A DNA stretch of 64,000 nucleotides from Amphiscolops sp. MND2022 (taxonomy: Eukaryota), in assembly GCA_964187785.1 (NCBI GenBank), contig OZ076413.1, positions 45,448,001 to 45,512,000 of the forward strand, read 5' to 3'. This document shows, piece by piece, positions 12,542-25,380 of this stretch; the stretch's first letter is position 1, and every line of letters starts with the position of its first letter. A program made the position numbers and the translations under genes. Under the pieces are notes generated by a model that saw nothing but the letters and a program-made list of their open reading frames with translations, did no database searches and was not told the DNA's origin.

Positions 12542-14207
12542 GTTTTTTGATTCAGGCTTTTTGAAATTCGATTGGCTTGATGAGGACGTTATGGATTTTT
12601 CGTTCTTGGTGCGAGTGCCTTCGTCTTCAGAGGGCTCTGTATCTTTGGAGGAGTCTTGTCTCTTTCTTTTTGGACGAAGATGGGCACCAGCGCCACGCCA
12701 ACATTTCTCTGCTGGATGATTGGTTTTGCTGCAGGTGGGGCATTCTGGATAAGTTTGGCCTCTGATTCTTTCTTCTTTTTCAGTTTTGGACAATTTTTCC
12801 AGAAGTGGTCCTCAGCCTTGCAGTATGAGCGTTGGTTATTTTTGTTGGTGTCAATGCCATTGGATAGTAAATTTTGGGATTTGTTGGACGACGAAGCCAT
12901 TGTAGCAATGGGTAGGTCGTCAGATTTTTCTAATGCGTTTAATTCGAGTTCTCTTTCCAGATGTGCCACAATCTCCTCGTAGGTCCCGTTTTCCAGTCGG
13001 GCCATATTCACTGATCTCTTGAGTTTCGGGGGTAATTTGGCGTATAAGAGGCTATCGATCATGCTCTTGGCGTTTTCCCCGAAGGCTTTCTCGGCACCCT
13101 GGTTGAGTTCTTCGAGAAAATCGGGTAATTTCATCGTGTTGGGATCAAAGATGAGCCTATGCCACTTATGTTTAGCTGTGGCCTGGGACTCAGGTTTGAC
13201 GTACTTTCTGCGGAATATGACCAATACGTCCTCTAATGTTTGACGGTTTATGGAGTTTATATTTCGGAAAGTTTGCAGTGCTCCTTTTCTGAGCAGGGAA
13301 TGAAAATGGTTTATTTTCATTTGTTCAGTCATAGCGGCCTGCATCTTTATCATTGTATGAAATAAATCTTCAAACAATTCGAATTTCTCTGTTTTGCCGT
13401 CAAATGTCATGGGGTTCGTCGTGACTTGTCGAATTGTCATCGAGTGGGGTTTGTTTTGGAGGTTTACCAGGACATCTGCTAGTCTATTGATAGGGTCTTG
13501 TGGCTGTTCTGCCGGAACAGGCTCTGCTAGTGGCAGGGTTGTATCCATGGTTGTATCATGAGTGGATTCTTGTCTTTGGAGGTTGGGCTGAGAATGAATT
13601 CGTCCTGTGAGGAATTCAGGAATCGGATGTTGGAGTTCGGTAGCTCCTGTCACCATGTAAGGAACAGGGCCCGTGTGATCCCGTAGATCACATGCAGACT
13701 TTGAGTCCTTCTTTGTAAGTTTTTTTTCCACATATTTCCGATCTCATCCTCATTTAGAGACGAACCGGGCTCAACGCCTTGCTGAACCAAAGTTGAATTT
13801 CCCATCATGTTTTGTATTTCAGGTATTATTCTTTCGCTAATAGCAGAGTTTATTGCCCTACTAATCTGAGTTTGCATGAAATCCATCATACTCTCCATTT
13901 CCCTTGACATCCTGGCATTCATTTCTCCAGACAAAGTATTGATTGACTCTATCAGTCTACCTTCCCCAATAGGTTCATTTCTATTATCAATGTCTCTAAT
14001 CTCATTTTCCTGAGATGAGTTTTCTCTATTTGGAAAAGACTGAAAGTCCTGCTGCCTATCTGGGGCGTTGATGAGGCTGTCCAATTCTCTTTCTATAGAG
14101 TTGGAATTTCCATCACCTAGCATTATGTCCATGTTTCCATAGTCGGACAACATATCTAGCTCTCTTGACTTTCTAGCCTTTGCCTTTTGTCTCCTAGTAG
14201 AAGGCAT
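12539..14207 (-). pseudogene. gag: Element A gag (starts inside the 5' LTR; two frameshifts)
   Basis: MPSTRRQK start at 14207; frames 13650-14255, 12589-13731 and 12539-12793; capsid-like FDGKTEKFELFE region; knuckles RSYCKAEDHFWKNC (degenerate) and CPTCSKTNHPAEKC. Confidence 0.88.
13644..13655 (-). other. Element A primer binding site TGGTGACAGGAG
   Basis: Directly follows the LTR terminal CA; identical 12-mer in element B; one mismatch from the complement of a vertebrate tRNA-Leu(CAG) 3' end as recalled. Confidence 0.85.
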
Positions 14208-15359
14208 TGAAAGTGTTGTTCCAGGAAAAAATATTTGAATTGTTCCTGTGGACAAGTATTTCTATTTTCAGGTTAACCAAAATGAGCGTAATGTATCAGG
14301 TAACTGCAAAATTATGATTAACCTTTGTCAGGCCGACTTGGGTATATATACCCCAGAGGACATGACAGGCAAACTTGTTATGGTCATGATACTAAAAATA
14401 GCACGCAAACTAAAAATAGATACGTCAGCACTATAAATAGTAACATGACATCATCGTAGGCCTACGTGAGCGGTTAGATCAAAGCGCCCGTTTAGGCCAT
14501 ATGACGAGTAGGTAATAACACTCGTGTGTAACGTATTATATATCAACACTTTTACATGTAAACATAATTCATGTAAATTACATATGGTAAGTAACTGTAA
14601 GGGACTTCCAGTTCCCTTTCAGTTTCACAAAACAACATTACGCTTGAGCACATACATGTAAGCCCTATACGGCCTGTAACCGTTGGGGCTTTCTAATTTG
14701 ATCCCAGTATAATACGAAAAGCAACACTACATGTCAACAAAATGTGCGTTTTGTTATTGCATGGGGGAGGGCTACTTGTGTCTTTTCATCACTAATCAAT
14801 TGTGACACCAATCTCATGTGATCAGTATACAGCACTTGAGTGTTCATCGTGTCAACCGGCTGTGGTAGGCCTTATTTACTGTATAGCACCAAGACAATTA
14901 ATACAGTGAATAGGGGCGGGGGACGGCTATGTCGCATAGCCGCTTTCGTCCTATCTGTAGTTACTGAATATCATTCAAGTATAGCATCAAAGTATATTAA
15001 GGCCGGCAAAGTTAATTGGCCGTATTGGTCCATTCTAAATAGCTACTAGCGCAGTTACGTAATGAGTAATAAGATGGCTGTTATAAACTGCACTCTGATT
15101 GGCCAATTGACCATGGACGGCTTAGCTAGCTATACTGGACAGGCAAACATTTGAACACGTTTCCTTTCTGCCTGTCAGTATCGCTTGCTGTCAAATGTAT
15201 TTCAAATAATAAAACAATTCATCAATCAACATTACATATTCAAAATAATATTAAATGTTTGAAAGTTTTAGTTTTATAATGGAAGTGTCCCAGGTAGGGC
15301 AATTGGCCTCGTATGGTCAATTGTATAGATGTTGCCATCGCAGGTGGCAGCCTGCGACA
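13656..15359 (-). repeat. Element A 5' LTR (1704 bp, TG...CA)
   Basis: Minus strand TGTCGCAGG...CCTTACA, followed by the PBS; duplicated at the window start. Confidence 0.92.
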
Positions 15360-16091
15360 GTTTCCCTTTTTGTATGACCATAGATCCGAATGAAGACATC
15401 ACTACAGTATGGGTCAATTGATGTTTTTGCGACTTGAGTATTTGCACGTCGTGGTTTTAAGAACAATTCCGCAGCTTCCTCGATTTGTTGCTTCAGCTTG
15501 ACAAATATTAAAAACGCACCTTCGCAAACATGCACAGCAACTGACTTTTTGTACACTGATCTAAATTTCTCCGGAATTGTCAATGCGACATTCAGGTTCA
15601 AATGATATTCTTGTGTTCCCTAAAAATTTCGCCACGCATCGCCAAGAACGCAAGGTGATTTTCCGATAGGAACTGAGAGTGAAGTTTTCGAGAGTAAAGC
15701 TGTCGAAACTGATCCTAGCAAAATTGAAACTGGAATAATTTGAAACAAATAGAATGGGCCGTTTGTACACTTATTACCGTTTCAGATTCAAACCTCAGCA
15801 TTACCTTGTTTTTTAAAACAAATTAGTTATTGCAATGGTCTCATGGCGCAATTGTCTTAACAGATACAGGATTATCAACTGAGACGGACGTTGACTTTCG
15901 ATTCCATCAAATGATATGAGCTCTGACTTGATATGAGTTGTCGCCTCACGACGTGTCGCAGTCTGCCGCCTGTGATGACAATCGATATCAAGTGCATGCA
16001 GGCAACAACACCCTTACTTCTCCTGGCGTTCTCCCTTCATAGACAATAAGGACTCAAAAATCGGAATAAACATCGGAATACACAAATTGTC

Positions 16092-17319
16092 TGTTGGATA
16101 AACTTGTTTTATTTAATCCCCTAGCATTTTACAATGTTAAAATGTTATAAACGCTCATTTAGTCATACAATGATGTATATTTATTTATACAACCTAACAC
16201 TGTGCTATTAGTTTGATATGCAGTACCCTAAAAATGTAATGCAATTTTACAAAATGTAATGCCAAACTATCATCTCAAAGGAAAAGCGTTCAAATAGGCT
16301 GGTGCTCTAGCCTCTTTCACGCGTGATCCGTAGAGATTATTGGCCAATCAGATGTTCTGATTTGTATAGCCGGGCGTACTTACGTAACACGTATCGCGAA
16401 TAATTATAATGAATTGACTTATAAGGTGTGTCAACTTCCCCTTTTGCTTCTGACTCTCTTTGAAGCCATGGTAAGTTACAATTAATACCATTAGTTGAGG
16501 GTGATGTAACCCTGACGTCATTTCTATGATATATTTTCAGCCCATGACACTCCAATTCATGATAGTCAGGCAGTAATTTGTAAGAGTAGCCAGTACCACA
16601 AGCCCACAAGACTAAGGGGCCATTCTTTTACGGACTTTGAAACGATACAAAACACAAGCTTGCAAATTCGAATTTGCTCTTACTATCTACAGTTATTGTC
16701 TGTCTTCTCATTTCGATAATATACTCTTGCAGCAGCACTCATTCTTTGTAATGCCTTCAACTAGAAAGCAGAATGCTATAGAAAAGCGTTCTCGACAGTC
16801 AGCCGTAATGTCAGATTAAAAGTATATGAATGTATTGCTGGGAAACGTCTCAAAGAATGATTGTGAAAATTTTTCGTTCGAAGAGAAGTAGAAGCGGGCT
16901 CAGCGTCGAGAGGGCTACACGAAATACAAACACAATAAAAGAGGATTTTAGATCTTTGTTGAATACCAACAGTAGAGAAAATATTGAAATGACCGCTGAG
17001 ACAGCTTGAATATTGACCTCAGAGTCAACTAATCAATTGTCCAGAAAGACAGATGATACCGAAATGGACGTAAACTGGCAGATTTTACAAGCAATAGACT
17101 CAGATATAGCTGAGAAAGTCCTTTAACTTCAAAATAGTCTAGGCGAGCTTGTAAACGGATTAAATGCTAAATTAGACCTTCGGTCCGCCGTGCTACACAG
17201 GAACTCCGAAGTTAACTCAAGCCACAAATCAAGGTTGAATCCATCCCAAACGGATTTCAATCGAGGTAACTTTGATAGTTTTAGAAGGGAGAGTTCAGTA
17301 GACTCCCAGAATAGCAACA
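16092..17319 (+). mobile_element. Degenerate solo LTR related to the element A lineage, with Gag N-terminal remnant
   Basis: MPSTRKQNAIEKRSRQSAVMSD at ~16750 resembles A Gag MPSTRRQKAKARKSRELDMLSD; shared ATTGGCCAATCAG motif; TGTTG...CAACA ends; no TSD found, so the limits are approximate. Confidence 0.6.
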
Positions 17320-18138
17320 AAAGCTGTGTAATTTGTTAAAAGCTGCTCACACAGGGTGTCTTTCGGTCTCTCTCCTATTATCTTGATCATTTGGGTAAAA
17401 ACATTTTACCCAGTGTCAAAATAAACGGGTCTTATTTTTCACAGACGTGTTTCACGTTTTCGGCTGTGACTTCATCGGGATGTGTTATCCTTGATCAGCC
17501 GGTTTCGCAAGTCATTTTATTTTATTGAGTAAATATGAAAATCGCATCAGTTTCGCAATGTTGCTGTCCATCATTTCCAACGTAGGACTCTCTGAATACT
17601 GTTTGCATGCCCTCTTTACTGTATTTGTTGTTGAAAAAGGAAGTATTTTTCGATAGATTTTTCTCGGGGTTTCTTTGTTGCTACACTCCACTTTGTGTTC
17701 GACCGACTCCTGCTCGTACAACAAGAACTTGAGGCAAAATAAATCTGACTGAGTCATGTTGATTGATTTCAAAATTAAATTTTGTTTCTTCAGGTATGAA
17801 ATATACCGAGTTGATCCTTCATGAATAACTTGATCAAAAAAAAATTGATCGGTTCTATTATTGATCGGTTCACCAAAAAACCTCAACAGGAAACCCATTT
17901 TAGCCAGGAAAACGTCTGAAAGCATGCGTCTAAACAAATCAAGGGAAGCTAACGGAAAGAGGGTCAAAACGGTGAGATTTCTGGGAACCCAAAGCTATAA
18001 CTATTGTTCGACAATAGGAGCTCGAAATTAAAATAATTGCGAAAAACTTCAAAAAAACATTCCTAGTAAAAAACAAAAATTGGACAAAGTTGATTACTAC
18101 TTTGATTACAAAATTGGTTGAAAAGTGGAGCCTTTCAC

Positions 18139-18858
18139 TGTAACGGCAACTGCCCATAACGAAATTTTTGATGCAAAAATTCGTTCAAGATCTGACGTGG
18201 CACCCAAACATGTTAAAGGTGAAAGACCTGTCAGAAATCGTACCGCAAAAAAGCAGAAAGCGCCGCCCTTAAGAACGAGCACAAGAGACGACTGTATAGA
18301 CGTCTATTCCATCTGTAGAACACGGTATTGTGCCCATCCCTCTGGGAGATTGACATTGCTTTAGTAGCAGAAACCAGTATTCCAGATGCTTGCCTAAGAA
18401 TTCCCGCGGTGTCCTGTGTGGAGACTAGCGCTAGCGCTGGTAAGCCGAGGTCAATTTCCATCAAAGGACTCAAACTCTTGATTTTATTGTGCTTTTTCTT
18501 GCAGTAAATTGATATGCTCGAGAGCTGCCCTTAACATCTGTATTTATTTACCCAATTTGGCGATGTCGATTTTATCAGATTCTCCAATACTATGGTTCAA
18601 CCTTCTCCAGCTTTCAGCCCCCTTTTTAGAGGCTAGTCGAGCAGTGGTCTTGAGTTATGCAAGATGCGTGTTGCTTTTAGCAATAACAGACTAGGACCAG
18701 GCCAGAGAGTTTCTTACCAGACGGTTCCCCCACCTTGGGACTGGCTCATTCGGAGGGAAAATGAGCCAGGGCCGCGGAGATCTAGGTCCCGGATCCTATT
18801 CGCTGCTTTGGTTCCTCCATTCTAAGTTGCGGTTCAAGCGCCAGCGCTTATCGTTACA
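18139..18858 (+). mobile_element. TGTAACG...CGTTACA family, copy 1 (solo-LTR-like)
   Basis: 7-bp terminal inverted repeat, flanks CAC/CAC; homologous to 20981-21730 and 22218-24498. Confidence 0.7.
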
Positions 18859-20980
18859 CACATTTTCAATTAATAATCTAGTATGGCCTACTTGGGAAAT
18901 ATCTAAAATTGAAAAACGGTGTGAGATTCAACGCAAAATGAGGGAGAAGCGCCTTCTTGTATTCGACTTTAAAGGTCATTTAGAGATGATATAGATCGTC
19001 ATCACCAATCTACTCTGTTTAGGTTATCAGAATTAATGAATTGGGAGAATACCTTTCAACCATACTTTTGAACGTCACCTAAATTTGAAACGGAATTAGA
19101 TTTGATAAAATAGAATCGAAGCTGAATTCTAGCATCGAAGTAAAGAAAGACATCTAAATTCGGCATTCCCTCAAACCAATATTCTCCAAAATCTTTAGTT
19201 AAGACGGAAAAAGCCCATTTTTGCTTAGAAGGCTTAGATAATTCATTTCAGCTTTGTTCATCTAAGATAGCAAAATGGATATCCGTTTCTTTTTCCAGGA
19301 ATTCGATTCATTTTAATCGAGATATTTCAATCGGTTTTTCATGTATTTAATTGAAGTAATCCCGGATGTTTACACCAGAAAGCTGGCATTTTCAGATCTT
19401 TGCAAAGAATTCGATTGATCTGGACCAGGGTTTTGTTCTTTTACCAAAAGCTTACGTCACAAGTCTGATACAGATCTAGGTATTTCTAGGGATTGTTGTT
19501 GGATCCTGAAACTGATCTCCATCGAGGTTATTTTGCTATGTAACAAAAATTTTCAATTGATTTTATATCCTTTTAAACCAATCTTTGACAGGTTCAACCT
19601 TTTTTTACTATTTATTGTGCTCAATTCTATCTTCGATCAAACGAACGGTCAAACCATCCGTTTTCATACGAACGGTTTCATATTCTCTTTGATTTGTGAA
19701 AAGGTAGCCCTGGAAAAAATTCTGCAGAAAAAAAAGAACATAGCGTGTGAACTGAAGGAGTTTGTGATTCGTTTTCTGCTTAATTTCAATGATTCTAGGA
19801 AAAAAATTTGTGACGTAATGCAGAGGATGAAAGGTAATTTTTAAAATGAAAAATGATTGTTCAGGGGCAGAGTTGAAGAACTGTGCTTGTGTTTAAATCG
19901 TTGGTATCGAGACCTTTACATGTTTTTTTTTCGTGGAAAGAAAGCGGCAGTTTTTGTTCGTTTTGAGTAGATAATGATCAACTTGGTAAAATTGAACAGT
20001 AATACTACAACAATATCGTACAGGCACGAAAACTTGAATTTCAGCAGGGAACCTGCTGAAAAACTAGTTTCGTTATCTCAACACAGTTTTAAAAAAATAA
20101 AAAACTTTTTTGGAGAATGGAAAAAACATTATTGGGCTTTTAGAATGGGCGAAATTCAGCAGCTTTTAATTTGAACAATTCAACTGTCAAAAACCTGGTT
20201 CTTCGTTTACTCCTAAAACAAATGATTGAATTTTCAGCTTGAGGCCAGACAGCACAGATAACTAAAACTTGAATCCTGATTGCGACACTTTTTGACGATA
20301 TTGCAAGAGAGATGGGTTATGAAACTTGTTTTGATACGTAAGATATTTGGCTCTATAAGAGAAGAAGAATTCAGCTAATTATTATTGGACTGTCTAGTTT
20401 GCAACTAAAAATTAGCCTGAGTATGATCACACTACTGGTTTAATTCTCCTTTGGGGTCTACGCAATGCTCCAAAACTCTGAGGGCTTGCCTAGATTCATG
20501 CAATCAACTAGCTGCTATGATATAACCAGATCAGATAGAAGAAAAAGAAGACAAAGAATAAATTAACTTCCTCATTTCCAGTCGGTGGACGCCCAAAAAA
20601 TTTGCAGCCAAGTGGTCAAGCAATGGTTTACTTGAAGCTGTGTTTTGAACGTGACTTGCTCAAGATCACAAACGTCTGACTGCTCACTGTTTCTATTTGT
20701 GTTTTTACTTCTCTCTACAAAGTGCGTTATGTTTTGTCATTGACCATACCACTAAGCTGGGGATGAAGAACTTGTATAAGCCCCAACAATAGGGCCTTAC
20801 AATACTTTGATTCGAAGTATAGCTCTGGTGAACCGTTATCTGGGACTTTCGATTAAAGATGCTGGGAATCTTACCTCATTTTACAAACGAAACAGATGAG
20901 CAACTCACATGGGTCAGACAAAAAGTACACCAAATTTGAAGTCCATCATTTTCCGTGCCGGCCTTCACCAACAGTGGCTG

Positions 20981-21730
20981 TGTAATGAAAAGCGCTTAGT
21001 GTTTGTTCGCTACACAGGGTGGAGGAACTGATGCCATGGATTAAGATTCGGGACCAATCACCATAACGCCAGCCCATTTTTCCTCCTAAGGATAGCCGGT
21101 CCCGAGGAGGGGGAACCGTCTTGAAGGATGCCCTCCGGCCTGTTCCAGTCTGTAACTGCTGAGATTAACTGGCATTATGCTTTTTTTCTTCATAACCACA
21201 GTCTAGACAGCCTTTAAAAACAACGCCAAGGATAAACAGTGTAAATTTCTAATTCCAGGGTGAAAGTCCAGGGTCAAATGTGAATAAGGCCTAAAATGGG
21301 TACTAAGATCTAAACTGCCAAAACTAGCGCTCGAGCCAGCTAAAACCAGTGAAAAAACATCAAAAAAGGCACGAATATGGCCAACCACACAGCTACAAGC
21401 TGGGGCGCAGGGACTACAAGCATCAAAAAAGGATAAATAAGCGAAAAGACGCATTTTTACGGTTCTTGCTACTTTGGGTAGCATAATGCTGAAATTCGGT
21501 AAAAACCGGAGTTAGCACCTCAAAAAGAGTCTATTTTTGAGTTTTCTAAGCGCATGGGCATCTACACTCCGTGTTCCAGTTCGGTCGTCTCTGCGGGCGC
21601 CTTGCTTCGTCTTCTGAACTGATTTTTGACAGGTACTTTGGCCAAAACATGCTCAATTTGCCACGTCAGATTTGAACGAATTTTTGGTCTATTTATCTGA
21701 AAACTCGTTTTACCACAGGCTTCCGTTACA
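20981..21730 (-). mobile_element. TGTAACG family, copy 2 (inverted)
   Basis: Reverse-complement similarity to copy 1 (AAAAATTCGTTCAA..TCTGACGTGGCA and AGACGGTTCCCC blocks); flanks CTG/CTG. Confidence 0.7.
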
Positions 21731-22217
21731 CTGTTTTGAAGAAAGCGTCCAAAAGGTCGCCTCCTAATTTATTTTCACAATTCCGCCTGAAATACAAAAC
21801 CAGGATGAGACCAAAGTTTTTAACCTTAGGGTTTTTCGGTCTCTTGAGGATGCCATAAAAATATTTCAAAAGAAGCCCCTGAGCACAGCGATATTTTCCG
21901 CACTTTACTATTTCAACGACAAAAAAGTTATGGCGAACGTTTTTGACAGACCGCATGCCAGACGTTGCAAAATGTGCGAGTAGGGGCAGTTTCAACCGTA
22001 AGTAGACAGAACACAAGGACATTGGAAGCCTGCGTCAAAAAATTTCATGGTACCCATAATTACAAGGGTGCTTCAAATTACTAAACTCCATGAAGAACGA
22101 ATCGTATCAAGAGTCCAGTCGAATAGTATTCAGATTGGCACTGAAGTAGTAACTTATTCAGAGACAATTTCTCCACGTCAACAAAGATTTTGTAGAAAGA
22201 AAGTGCTTTCAGCCTGA

Positions 22218-24498
22218 TGTAACGACAACCATGGGCAATTCGGAAATTTTTACAAAAATTCGTTCGAAAATGACATGGCCAGATCGAGCATGTTTTGCCA
22301 AAGTTGCTGTCAGCCCAAAAAAAGCGAAAAGGAGAGAAGCCACCACGCGAGAGGACGAGCTAATAACACCTAAAAAGAGCAAAAAACGTTCCAAGGTTCA
22401 CGGTGTGACGTGACATCGAGAAATGGATATTTTTCCGTATATGAGGTATCGAAACCCAAAAATATGTCATCTGCGTGAACCCATCAAACGGTGCCCTTTT
22501 GTGTTCTCAGCTCGTGCGCTGGACAAACGATTTGCTGAACCCACTATCATGGACTACATTATCATAATTACGTTGCACGGACTGTATTGTGTTCAGATTT
22601 CATGCTCGGTTCGAGCTGCCGTATTGTTATTTGAGTGCTTTTTTAAATGTCTTTCTTACGGAAGTCCACTTCTTTGGCGTCAATTCATATTTCAGCAGTC
22701 CTGGGCCGGTTTTGAAGAACTATTTCTGCGTTGGTCCTGAGGAATAGCAAAATGCCCGTATATTATAGCAGCAAAAATCCGGACTAAATGTCATGCGAAC
22801 AGGATGGAAATATAACCTTACTAATATCAATAATGTACATTTTATGACATATATACTTATCTATAGGCAATATGATGTCATATAGTGAGATTCATGGTTG
22901 TGCGCTACTCTATGTTACTATTCTAGTCCCCCAACTAGAGTTTCGAGCTATCTACTATTTATATATGAGCATCCTGAATCCATACTGTGCACATACGTGT
23001 TACATTTAAATATTGGAGGAAATCCAAGCAGGGACACAAGTCACGAAAGAGGAAAACAGAAAGACTAAAAACGATGAAAAAACGATGAAACACATAGCAC
23101 GACAGAGAGCGGAGCCTCACAGCTAACTGTTGACTTCGACCCCGAATTTCATCTAATTCACATCGTTTCATACATGTAAAACTATGAACAAGTTTCATCG
23201 CTTTTACATCGCTCAAAAGAGCCGTTCCCTCAAACAATTGTGATGATGGTAGAATGATGAAAACTATATTTTAATAGCAATTTGTGCTCTTCTGATATCT
23301 TGCATCTGTATACATCGCTTTACCAAACCAACCCTGAACTATTGATACAAAGGACTAGCACAAAGATAAACGATGACAAACAGATGGAATCAACTGATGA
23401 TTTAATTCTACTCATCAAATGAACACCCCTGCGTTATAAATTTCATCATTTATTAGAGATGAGATTCATCCATCGTTTTCACATCTACAGTAGCAAACAT
23501 ACACATACACACACTACAAATGAAAACGATGTTTAAACAATGAATTGCATCTAATCCTTGCAATTGCCTTTAAATTATAGTAGATTCATCGCTTCTGCAT
23601 CGCTTACTTCAAACTGCTATTATTCAACTTCTGAGTACTGCAAGATTTATCGTTTTCATATCTGATGAGTTTTTTCTGCAGTTTAACGATGACTCGAAGG
23701 TAGTAAATACGCAATGTAAATCACGCTCATTATATATGCATGTAAATTGGTTTATATTTCATTTTGGCGCGTGATTACCGATGGTAGCCCCCTTACACGA
23801 ATAAGAAAAACCGGTCACGTGACCAGACACACATTAACACCTCGTTGGTGAACCAATAAAATTACGCAGTTGGTAAGGATTGAGGCTTACCACCAGCTAA
23901 CGCGGGCCTACCAACGAACCATCATTACGCCATATAGTACACTGACTACGATACGTTACTATTTTCATCAGCTGATTTGCATTTACGATTAGATTCTAAA
24001 TTCACAATTAAATTCTTATCAACTAAAATCTCTCTTCCAGTATAATAAGAGTTATTTCTCGCCTAGAAAGCTTAGAAACGGAAAACTACTTAGTCAAGAA
24101 AGTTAGAATCAAGATGGCATTCTACCCAGTGAAAGTAGCCAATAAACATGGGAAATGTAAACAATGATGAAAGTGAACAATCGCCAACTAGATCTCCTTC
24201 ACCTCAGAAAAGGAATGAAACTCAACGTGAAAATGAAGAGCGTTTCAATATGCTTCAAAGGGAAATGTCTTCACTGAAGGCCATGATGAAAAAGTTACTC
24301 GAACAAAACAGTGAGAGTGTGAGGCAAGTAGACACTGCTCCAACGACATCTTCATTCGCTGTGCAGTCGTCTAACACTAAAGTCCTGAGGAGGAAATATT
24401 GATAAGTATGGAGAAGCTGAGTTCCGCACATTAAATGTTTCCATGCTTATTTCACGCCTTTCTAATTTACTAAGCGCTGTGTTACTATTATCGTTACA
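22218..24498 (+). mobile_element. TGTAACG family, copy 3, interrupted by a solo LTR
   Basis: Starts TGTAACG, contains CAAAAATTCGTTC, ends TTATCGTTACA; split by the insertion at 22789-24376. Confidence 0.65.
22789..24376 (+). mobile_element. Solo LTR (1588 bp) with 5-bp TSD CTAAA and Gag-like N-terminal remnant
   Basis: Starts TGTCATGC like LTR B and ends CAGTCGTCTAACA (LTR B: CAGTCGTTCCGACA); CTAAA at 22784-22788 and 24377-24381; coiled-coil-like ORF from 24148 runs off the LTR end. Confidence 0.85.
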
Positions 24499-24883
24499 TT
24501 AGGTCTTGTAACTTGGTAAAAAAGAACTTCATGTGATACAAAAATACCCTTCAATGATCACGAACGCACCACGAGGCCATGTTTAAGTTGACACTTTACA
24601 TTAAGATGAAAATGTCAAAGGAAGCTAGCTTGCATTTTGAATCCGGGGTTATTCGATAATTTATGCTTTTCAGTTCATGCAAATATTTGCTTCATATAAC
24701 AGCGGATTTCGACGGGAATGTAGTTTTAACATTTAGTGGACAAAAAAATTATCAACCCAGAAATGTCATTTAGTGATAGTGGCCACTTCAGAAAAAACTC
24801 TGACGGCTCGAGATGCTGGAAAGTACGAATCATTGTTAAGCCAATAAATTCTATGTACAGTAGATCAGTGAACAGAAAAAAAG

Positions 24884-25380
24884 AACAAGACGGGAACGTC
24901 TAAAGTCGGCCCTATATCTAAGGCTCAAAAAGCGCAAAACATTTTTTTGAAAAAAACTTGAAATTTTTGAATTTTTTTTCGGAAAATGTCGCATAGTGCC
25001 GAAAAATGTAAAAGGGGGACCCTTTGGGCTTTATTAACATATATTCTGTCGCAAAATATCAAAAAGCTCGAAAGGGGGACCCTTTTGAGACATTAAAAAA
25101 TTTTCAAAAAAAGTCGGACAATGCCAAAAAAATTGAAAGAGGGGACCCTTTAGTCTCGTCCGGTTTTATAGGTTACGTTAAAAAAAAACAAAAAATGAAA
25201 GAGGGGACCCTTTTGCACTTCCGCTGACCGGACTTGGCCTTATGGCCTTAGTAGTAGTAGTTTCTATTGTAAGAAAAGTGGACCAATCAGAGTGAGATTG
25301 TAGTCTGACGAAAAAAAAAGAAAAAAAACTAGCCACTGTAATAGTCGGGCTCTTTTCACTAGAAAAGAACCGACTAAAAA
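24884..25380 (-). mobile_element. Helentron-associated non-autonomous element (HINE/DINE-like), copy 1
   Basis: Reverse complement of the TTTTAGTCGG left end and GAGCCTTAGATAT..CCGACT..hairpin..CTTGTT right end. Confidence 0.65.

Larger units (their letters stand above)
1..15359 (-). mobile_element. Ty3/Gypsy LTR retrotransposon, element A (3' LTR truncated by window edge; decaying copy)
   Basis: Direct repeat 1-1148 = 14196-15359; PBS, PPT, gag and pol (PR-RT-RH-IN) on the minus strand; several frameshifts. Left TSD is outside the window. Confidence 0.95.
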
